Positions 57,021 to 64,000 of a stretch of DNA of 64,000 nt are shown here, piece by piece. Each line of letters begins with the position of its first letter. The first letter of the stretch is position 1. The DNA lies in the NCBI GenBank assembly GCA_946186895.1, contig CAMHOW010000001.1:50843-114842 (forward strand), in the 5' to 3' direction. The notes beneath the pieces are model-generated. The model did no database searches and was not told where the DNA came from. It worked only from the letters and a program-made list of their open reading frames with translations. Both the position numbers and the translations under genes were made by a program. The DNA comes from an uncultured Fibrobacter sp. (GTDB lineage: Bacteria > Fibrobacterota > Fibrobacteria > Fibrobacterales > Fibrobacteraceae).

Positions 57021-58090
57021 TATGCACTTTCCTTTTCCAAAATCACCTTGGCAATCTTGTCCGCAGCATCGGGCATTCCAAGCTTTTTCGCGGCAGCAGC
57101 CATCTTGGAAAGCTTCTCGCTATCGTACAGCAGGGACTCCACCTTGTCCCACAAATGGTTCTCGTCACTATCCAGTTCCACCAGGGCGGCACCGGCCTTT
57201 TCAACGGCGCGGGCGTTATGTTCCTGATGGTTTGCCGTAGCATGGGGGAACGGGAGCAGAATGGAAGGCTTGCCGAAGGCAAGAATCTCGGCCAGAGCCG
57301 AAGCCCCTGCGCGGCTAATAATCAAGTCCGCATGCTTCATGTAGGCATAGATTCCGTTCAAGAATCCCTTTACCGACACGTTGGGCAGAATTCCCAGACG
57401 ACCGTTAATGGCATCTACATTCTTGACACCCACCTGCCAGACCACAGAAACATTCTCGTCGTTCACGATCCTGGAGATGCTCTCTTCGATCTTGTTGTTG
57501 ATGCCAACTGCTCCCTGGGAGCCACCCACGATAAACACGGCCTTCTTGCCGACCCGGAATTCCAGCGGGCGTTCCAGGCTGTCTTCGGCAGGCAATTCAC
57601 GAACCGGGTTGCCAAAAATCATGGTCTTTCCGGCAGGGAAAAATTTTGCAGCATCTTCGGACGTCACAAACACAGTCTTTGCATAGCGGGCGCCCATCTT
57701 GTTGGCAATGCCAGCCACCGCATTCTGTTCCTGCAGGTACACGGGAATTCCCATGCTGCCTGCGGCAAGAACGATAGGCAGCGAAACGTAACCGCCGGTA
57801 GCCACCACCACATCGGGGTTCACCTTGCGGACAATCTTCTTCGCGTGGGCCAAAGACTTGATCAGCTTATAGGGCAAAGCCAAGTTCTTAAGGAAGGGGC
57901 CTCGATGGAGAGGTTCTGCGGTAATGTATTCGTAGGGCCAGTTACCCGCCACCAGGCGTTCTTCCATAGAATCCTTACGGCCAGCAAAGGTAATGTCCTG
58001 GACTCCCATCTTCTTGAGGCTCTCGGCAATGGCCACTGCCGGGAAAATATGTCCACCGGTTCCACCGCATACAAAAAGGAACTTCTTCAT
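57020..58090 (-). CDS. murG: Lipid II GlcNAc transferase
   Basis: GGTGGHIFP, GGYVS, EQN, GNPVR, GGSQGA, SRAGA, HQEHNA. Confidence 0.96.
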   Translation of the reverse strand: MKKFLFVCGGTGGHIFPAVAIAESLKKMGVQDITFAGRKDSMEERLVAGNWPYEYITAEPLHRGPFLKNLALPYKLIKSLAHAKKIVRKVNPDVVVATGGYVSLPIVLAAGSMGIPVYLQEQNAVAGIANKMGARYAKTVFVTSEDAAKFFPAGKTMIFGNPVRELPAEDSLERPLEFRVGKKAVFIVGGSQGAVGINNKIEESISRIVNDENVSVVWQVGVKNVDAINGRLGILPNVSVKGFLNGIYAYMKHADLIISRAGASALAEILAFGKPSILLPFPHATANHQEHNARAVEKAGAALVELDSDENHLWDKVESLLYDSEKLSKMAAAAKKLGMPDAADKIAKVILEKESA

Positions 58091-59256
58091 CGTCCACTCC
58101 TTGAAATTTCAGACTCCGTAAGGGGTCGGTTATCCGTCTTGTCCCCGTTTTTCATATAGGGTTCCCAAATCTTCTTGCCCGTTCCCGGCTTCGAGATGTT
58201 CAAAAGAATTCCGATGAACAGCGCCGAGAATATCAGGTTGGTACCGCCAAAGCTTAAGAACGGCAGGGGCTGCCCCGTAGTGGGGAAAAGCCCCGTACTC
58301 ACGCAAACATGAATCAAGAAATTCAGAAACAGCGAAATCGTCAAGGCCACCGCCATGTACTTTCCGAAACGACTAGAGGAATTCCTCGCAATTTCAAAGC
58401 CCTGATAGAACAACATGCCAAAAAGCAACAAGATGGCAAAGGTACCCACAAAGCCGAACTCCTCGCCAATCACCGCATACACCACATCTTTGTGAGCCTC
58501 GGGCAGGTAACCAAGTTTCTGTACGCCCATACCGAATCCCGTACCGAAAAAGCCTCCGTTACCCAGAGCTTCAAGAGCATGTTCACCCTGGTAGGCGGAA
58601 TTCTGGTTTTCCGCCGGATTGAAGAACGCCATCAAGCGTTTGGAGGTATGGGACTTGATCAAAAGCACAATCAAGCCCACCGGAATGCAGGCCGAAAGGG
58701 AAATGGCGATATACTTAAAGCGAACTCCCGCCACAAAGAGAACCGCAAGGGTAATGCCCGCGAACAAGAGCAGCATAGAAAAGTTCGGCTGCAAGGCAAG
58801 TAATATTGCCGAAATCCCGAAGGGCACTGCCGGCTGAATCAGGCTGCACTTTAGAGTCTTGATGTCTGTACCCGCAACCGCAAGCTTGGCGCAAACCCAA
58901 GAAATCAGTCCCAGCTTCAAAATTTCAGAAGGCTGAATACCCCAAATCCAGCGGTTTGCGCCCTTGACGCTACCGCCGGCAACAATAGCCGCCACCGTAA
59001 GGACTGCCCCAATGATAAACACCACACGGGAGCCCTTCATCCAGACGCTGTAATCAATCCTAGAGACCACAAACATAATGACCAAGGCGGCAAGGACCTT
59101 CCACAGGTGAGCCTTCAGATAGAACTCCGGAGAAAGTCCCTTTTGCAGTGCATGGGGCGTAGACGCCGTATAGACTACGGCTATGCCGAAGCATATCAAC
59201 AGCAGCGATGCAAGCAACAGCCACTTGTTTACGCCTATGTTCTGCAAGGTATTCAT
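58087..59256 (-). CDS. ftsW: SEDS peptidoglycan glycosyltransferase FtsW
   Basis: GANRWI, QPSEILK, YLPEAHKD, IGEEFG, PTTGQPLPFLSFGG; upstream of murG. Confidence 0.93.
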   Translation of the reverse strand: MNTLQNIGVNKWLLLASLLLICFGIAVVYTASTPHALQKGLSPEFYLKAHLWKVLAALVIMFVVSRIDYSVWMKGSRVVFIIGAVLTVAAIVAGGSVKGANRWIWGIQPSEILKLGLISWVCAKLAVAGTDIKTLKCSLIQPAVPFGISAILLALQPNFSMLLLFAGITLAVLFVAGVRFKYIAISLSACIPVGLIVLLIKSHTSKRLMAFFNPAENQNSAYQGEHALEALGNGGFFGTGFGMGVQKLGYLPEAHKDVVYAVIGEEFGFVGTFAILLLFGMLFYQGFEIARNSSSRFGKYMAVALTISLFLNFLIHVCVSTGLFPTTGQPLPFLSFGGTNLIFSALFIGILLNISKPGTGKKIWEPYMKNGDKTDNRPLTESEISRSGR

Positions 59257-59280
59257 CTAATCGTGTTTCCTCGAAGCCTC

Positions 59281-60684
59281 TTAAGCCTTGGACACCGTCG
59301 TGAGTTTCAGCAGAGCATCCACCACCTGTTCCATCTTCATTCCACGGGAGCCCTTGACCAAGAGCACGTCGCCCTTGCTCACTACATCCGTCAAGAATTC
59401 AATCACTTCTTGCACGGAGTCGAAATGCATGGCGTTCTTCATGCCCTTTTCTTCGGCACCCTTCACATAATTCTTGGCCTGTTCGCCTACAGTCACCAGA
59501 AGGTCAAAGTTCATCTCGGGAACCATCGCTCCGATGCTCCGGTGCAGTTCCTTGGATTCCTTGCCCAGTTCCAGCATGTCGCCAAGCACGGCAATGCGGC
59601 AACCTTCCACGTTCATGTTGCCGATGGTCTGGAGGGCCATGCGGGTAGAAGACGGGTTGGCATTGTAGCAGTCCGACACAATTTTGAATCCGTTGCCCTT
59701 CTTGATTTCCATACGCATGTTGGTGGCACGGAAATTCTTGAGAGCCTTGGCAATTTCTGCCTTGGGAACACGGAAAGCCTCACCCACGGCAATAGCCGCA
59801 AGAGAATTATACAGGTTATGGGTTCCGGGTACATTCAGCTGGAAATGGGTACGACCCACATAAAAATCGGCACAACCATCCTCGTTCCAGGAAAGTCTTT
59901 CCGGTTTCACCACACCACGACGAAGCCCAAAGGTCACCACCTTGTAATTCTTGGTATTCTTGACCTTGCAAAGATGGGCGTCATCGGCGTTCACAATGAG
60001 AGTGCCGTTCTTCTTGAGGCCCGCAGTAATAGTGATCTTTTCACGGAAAACACCATCCAAGTCACCCAGGCGTTCCAGGTGAGAAGCTCCGATGTTGGTA
60101 ATCACAGCCACGTCGGGCTCTGCTGCCAGAGAAAGGGGGCGGATTTCATCGGGACCACTGGTGCCCATCTCCACCACGGCGGCCTCATGCTTGTGCTTCA
60201 GCTGGAAAAGGGTCATGGGCACGCCAATATGGTTGTTGAAGTTCCCGGCGGTAGCATGGGTCACAAACTTGGAAGAAAGCACAGCCTTCACCATCTCCTT
60301 GGTGGTGGTCTTGCCGTTACTGCCGGTAATGGCCACCTTCTTCACCTTAAAGCGGCGCTGGTATTCCTTTGCCAGCTTGAGAAGAGCCTTTGTAGTGTCC
60401 TCTACAGGTGCGTAGGCCTTGAAAGTTTCATTCTGGGTGGAGTATTCTTCCACGGCTTTCTGGTTTACAACGCTCATGAGCGCCCCTTCCTTTTCCATCT
60501 GGTTTACAAACTTGTGGGCATCAAAACGGACACCCTTGATAGGCCAAAAGACAACACCCTTGGCCTTTTCTCTCGAATCCATGCTGAGATTCACTTTACG
60601 CTTCAGAACCTTGGGTGCAACGCCCACGGCCTCCGTTTCCAGCATCTTCAGCATTTCGCCTATTGTCAAATCCAACTTCAGCAT
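59281..60684 (-). CDS. murF: UDP-MurNAc-tripeptide--D-Ala-D-Ala ligase
   Basis: ITGSNGKTTTKEM, NFNNHIGVP, DCYNANPSS, LGDMLELG, LVKGSRG. Confidence 0.95.
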   Translation of the reverse strand: MLKLDLTIGEMLKMLETEAVGVAPKVLKRKVNLSMDSREKAKGVVFWPIKGVRFDAHKFVNQMEKEGALMSVVNQKAVEEYSTQNETFKAYAPVEDTTKALLKLAKEYQRRFKVKKVAITGSNGKTTTKEMVKAVLSSKFVTHATAGNFNNHIGVPMTLFQLKHKHEAAVVEMGTSGPDEIRPLSLAAEPDVAVITNIGASHLERLGDLDGVFREKITITAGLKKNGTLIVNADDAHLCKVKNTKNYKVVTFGLRRGVVKPERLSWNEDGCADFYVGRTHFQLNVPGTHNLYNSLAAIAVGEAFRVPKAEIAKALKNFRATNMRMEIKKGNGFKIVSDCYNANPSSTRMALQTIGNMNVEGCRIAVLGDMLELGKESKELHRSIGAMVPEMNFDLLVTVGEQAKNYVKGAEEKGMKNAMHFDSVQEVIEFLTDVVSKGDVLLVKGSRGMKMEQVVDALLKLTTVSKA

Positions 60685-62105
60685 TTTTCCATAGCCTTCA
60701 CTGCAATTTCTCTATCGTCAAAATGATGTTTCGTCTTGCCGATAATCTGGTAGTCTTCATGGCCCTTGCCCGCAATCACGAGCCAGTCGCCATCCTTAAG
60801 TTCTGCACAAGCCTTGTAGATCGCTTCTTCACGGTTCTCCACCACAGAGAACTTGTCCGTCTTCATGCCTGCCCGCACATCGTTGATAATGTCCGTGGGG
60901 TTTTCGGTACGGGGATTGTCCGACGTGAGCCATGCCTTGTCCGAAAGCCTTTCTGCAATGCCTCCCATAATGGGACGTTTGGTCTTGTCTCGGTCGCCAC
61001 CGCAGCCGAACACGCAAGAAAGTTTGCCCCGGCAGAGGCTGCGGGCGGTAGAGAGCACGCGCTCTAACGCGTCGGGAGTGTGGGCGTAGTCCACAATCAC
61101 GTGGCGACCGTTCTTGTTCCAGACCTTCTCAAAGCGCCCGGGCACGCGGATGTCGGCCAAAGCTTTGCGCATAGCCGTTTCTGGCACACCGACTGCTTTT
61201 GCCCAAGAAAGCACCAGCATCACGTTATCCACATTGAAGTCCCCGCAAAGCGGAGTCTCGAAACGTTCACCGCTGATAGCGGGCAGCAGCATCTTCAAGC
61301 CATCTTCGGTATTCTCCACCGCTCCTTCGGGCTTTACATTAGCGCTAACGATTCCGAGACGCGAGACAGCCACCTTGCGGCCCGCTTCAATCCCGGTCAG
61401 GGAATCGTATAGTTTCTTTCCGTAGGAATCATCTACGTTAATGACAGCAACCCCGTCCTGAGCCAGGTAGCGGGTGAACAAAAGTTTTTTCGCCTCAAAG
61501 TAGGCGTCCATGGTCTTGTGGAAATCCAGGTGGTCCTGGGTCAGGTTGCTAAACAGGGCACTCCTGTAAAGCACTCCCGCCATACGTCCCTGATAGAGCG
61601 AATGGGAAGACGCTTCCATCACCAAGTCGGTACAGCCCGCTTCCACAGCAGAAGCGGCAAAGGCATACAAATCCAAAAGCCCCGGCGTCGTGAGGGTTGC
61701 CTGCACAGACTTGTCACCAATCTTGTTCTTGATAGTCCCGAGCAGGGCCACCTTGTGGCCTGCAGCAGTGAGCATGGCATCCATCAAGAAGGCGCTAGTG
61801 GTCTTGCCGTTGGTTCCCGTCACCGCGTGGGCAGTAAGCTTACCGAAGGGATCCTTGTAGAAAATCTTCGCCGCTTCCAGGCGAGCCTTGCGCACGTCCA
61901 TCACCTGAATCCACTTAGCCGTAAGCTTTTCGGGAGCAGGCATTTCGGCCACCACAGCAACGGCACCCGCATCAAGAGCCTTCTGGGCAAATTCTTCTGC
62001 ACCTTCTGTGGGCATGGAGAAGAACAGGTTCCCCGGTTTCACCCTGCGGGAATCGTCGCAAAGTCCAGTCACTTGGAGGTTCTGCATCAATCCTTCAGAA
62101 ATCAT
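60678..62105 (-). CDS. murE: UDP-MurNAc-L-Ala-D-Glu--meso-DAP ligase
   Basis: VTGTNGKTT, MEASSH, DHLDFH, VDYAHTPD, FGCGGDRD, DNPR (mDAP type), AGKGHE. Confidence 0.95.
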   Translation of the reverse strand: MISEGLMQNLQVTGLCDDSRRVKPGNLFFSMPTEGAEEFAQKALDAGAVAVVAEMPAPEKLTAKWIQVMDVRKARLEAAKIFYKDPFGKLTAHAVTGTNGKTTSAFLMDAMLTAAGHKVALLGTIKNKIGDKSVQATLTTPGLLDLYAFAASAVEAGCTDLVMEASSHSLYQGRMAGVLYRSALFSNLTQDHLDFHKTMDAYFEAKKLLFTRYLAQDGVAVINVDDSYGKKLYDSLTGIEAGRKVAVSRLGIVSANVKPEGAVENTEDGLKMLLPAISGERFETPLCGDFNVDNVMLVLSWAKAVGVPETAMRKALADIRVPGRFEKVWNKNGRHVIVDYAHTPDALERVLSTARSLCRGKLSCVFGCGGDRDKTKRPIMGGIAERLSDKAWLTSDNPRTENPTDIINDVRAGMKTDKFSVVENREEAIYKACAELKDGDWLVIAGKGHEDYQIIGKTKHHFDDREIAVKAMEKC

Positions 62106-64000
62106 CAGCTTTTCTCCTTCAGTGTCAGCTTGCAGGTGGCACCCTTCGAAATTTCCGTATCGGCTTTGGGGAACTGGGAAGCCACCCTGCCCTTGCCTTC
62201 AAATTCCACATTCATGCGGATACTTCCCATCACCTCCAGGGCCTCTCTCAGCGAAAGCCCTACCAGGTTAGGCATCTTGCTCGCCGAAGTCTCGCCCAGG
62301 TTCAGCACAATTCCAAAAGAATCCAACACATCGCTACGCTGCGAAACCACGCGGCTACCCTCGCCATTGAATACCACAGGGCAGCCCCTGTCGTGGGCCA
62401 GTTTCTTTGCCGCTCCCGCAGTCATTCCCATAAAGTCCACATCGCAACTGTTCGTCGCAGGGACTCTTGCCAGCTTGTGGGTCAGCGGGGAAAGTTCCGG
62501 ATGGTAGTAAATGCCTTCCATAATCTTGCGGAAAATAGGCCCGGCCGTCACACCGCCGGCATGACCATGACCCTTGTCGGCATTGGGGTCGTCAACCAGC
62601 ACCAGGCAAACATAGCGGGCATTCTCCACAGGGACCATCCCTATGAAAGAAGCTACCTGGAGCTTGCTATCATACTCGCCAGTCTTCTGGTTGAACTTTT
62701 CAGCCGTTCCTGTCTTGCCGCCAAAGAGCACGTCGGGAATCTTCTTGCTCGGCACATACTTTGCCGTACCGTCAGAGTCGTTCACCACATGGCCAAGCAT
62801 GCCACGAATCTTGGCGGCTGTCATTTCCGAAATCACGCGGCGCACTTCTACCGGTTCGTTCTTCTCCACCACTTCGCCATTGGCATCGCGCCATTCCTTC
62901 ACAATCATGGGCTCCATCAGCTTGCCGCCATTAGCGATAGTGGAATACACCATCACCATCTGCATAGGCGTCACCAGCAGGGCATGGCCATAACCCATGG
63001 TTTTCAGGGTACGGTCGTCACGGGTCAGTTCGTAGGGCTGATAAAGCTTGCCCGATTCTTCGCCGTAGAAATTCTCCGAAGTTTTCATGCCAAGGCCAAA
63101 GTTACGGGCCATACGGTAAAGCTTGTCGGCCCCTACCTCGTTTGCGATCTTTGCAAACACGATGTTGGAGGACTGCACCATTGCCTGCGTCATGTTCATA
63201 TCGCCATAAGAGTGAGAATCCTTAATCGGCTTTGATTTCGGATTCCAACTCCAGACCTTGCCCTCGTTGGGGAACACCCTCGCCGGATCCACCACGTTAT
63301 TCTCCAGGGCCGCCGCAGCGGTAATCACCTTGAAGGTAGAGCCCGGTTCATACGACATAGAGACAATCTCATTCTTCGCCACACGTCCAATTCCCTGGGT
63401 CTTAGAATTCGGATCGAAAGTCGGGTAGCTCGCCATGGCCAAAATTTCGCCCGTATAGGGGTCCACCACCACCGCAGAGGCGCTAGTGGCATTGTAGGCC
63501 GCCACGCCATCCTTCAGGGACTTTTCCACAAGCTCCTGCATATTCTTGTCGATGGTCAGCACCAAGTTTTTGCCCGGAATAGCCTCCGCCACATTCTCGG
63601 AACGAGAATACACTTCACGACGGTGGGCGTCTTGCACGCTCACGCGGAAGCCTTCGTATCCACTCAGGCGTTCGTCAAAGACGCGTTCTACGCCCATAAC
63701 GCCATGGCCATTAAAGTCAAGCTTTCCAATCACCTGGGAGGCAAGTTTTCCCTGCAAAAAGACACGGCTGTAATCCAAAGCCTTGTTGGCCGTATCCCTG
63801 AAGTTGTCCGCCAAAACCACCCCGTTACGGTCCATAATCTGGCCCCGTTCGGCGTAGATATTCTTGGAGCGGGTTACAAGGCTCTTAGTACGCTTCTGGT
63901 ACACATCGCGGTTCAGCACCTGAATGTTGAAGGTCTGGAGCGTCAGCACCACCACCAAGGACAGCACAATCCATTTCAGGAATCCAAGCGGTTCAAGAGG
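62105..64000 (-). CDS. ftsI: Class B penicillin-binding protein FtsI/PBP3 with PASTA domain (5' end outside window)
   Basis: AERGQIMDRNG, EPGSTFK (SxxK), SSN, KTGTA; MPNLVGLSLREA PASTA. Confidence 0.93.
   Translation of the reverse strand, partial: PLEPLGFLKWIVLSLVVVLTLQTFNIQVLNRDVYQKRTKSLVTRSKNIYAERGQIMDRNGVVLADNFRDTANKALDYSRVFLQGKLASQVIGKLDFNGHGVMGVERVFDERLSGYEGFRVSVQDAHRREVYSRSENVAEAIPGKNLVLTIDKNMQELVEKSLKDGVAAYNATSASAVVVDPYTGEILAMASYPTFDPNSKTQGIGRVAKNEIVSMSYEPGSTFKVITAAAALENNVVDPARVFPNEGKVWSWNPKSKPIKDSHSYGDMNMTQAMVQSSNIVFAKIANEVGADKLYRMARNFGLGMKTSENFYGEESGKLYQPYELTRDDRTLKTMGYGHALLVTPMQMVMVYSTIANGGKLMEPMIVKEWRDANGEVVEKNEPVEVRRVISEMTAAKIRGMLGHVVNDSDGTAKYVPSKKIPDVLFGGKTGTAEKFNQKTGEYDSKLQVASFIGMVPVENARYVCLVLVDDPNADKGHGHAGGVTAGPIFRKIMEGIYYHPELSPLTHKLARVPATNSCDVDFMGMTAGAAKKLAHDRGCPVVFNGEGSRVVSQRSDVLDSFGIVLNLGETSASKMPNLVGLSLREALEVMGSIRMNVEFEGKGRVASQFPKADTEISKGATCKLTLKEKS

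Noticed and set aside
1-64000. tRNA, rRNA, riboswitch, integrase, transposase or prophage genes
   Set aside because: None recognised by eye; a tRNAscan-SE and Rfam scan would be needed to exclude divergent RNAs.

Overview
Bacterial chromosomal window, most likely Fibrobacter (inferred from four Fib_succ_major/FISUMP-domain genes). It is mostly housekeeping DNA. Left to right: an aromatic amino-acid operon (chorismate mutase, tyrA, and a strongly degenerate aroA-like gene missed by the ORF track); rubredoxin; a lower-GC block with recC-recB-recD and a FIST-GGDEF / PAS-GGDEF-EAL c-di-GMP pair; an nfeD-floA-yqfB-like operon; envelope glycosylation and lipid genes (YfhO, GT-C+NPCBM, GT28-like, Aas-like, acyl-ACP thioesterase); rpmE2, hisB, rodZ-like, maf, a GH8 enzyme, argJ, greA, holA; and a dcw cluster (ftsI partial to ftsZ) lacking mraY/murD and murB/ddl. 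I saw no tRNA, rRNA, CRISPR array, integrase or transposase. The most notable unexplained signals are: (1) an intact AroA-fold ORF lacking most catalytic motifs; (2) a family of modular structured intergenic repeats; (3) a TAnnTT-N6/7-start-codon signature before 13 genes, suggesting pervasive leaderless mRNAs, including two very compact divergent promoters; (4) an acidic, charge-reversed FtsK-gamma-like domain in the flotillin operon; (5) a GNAT toxin-like gene collapsed by an apparent microhomology deletion; (6) unusual FtsZ features and a structured ftsZ 3' region. All family assignments come from motif recognition by eye, not database searches.
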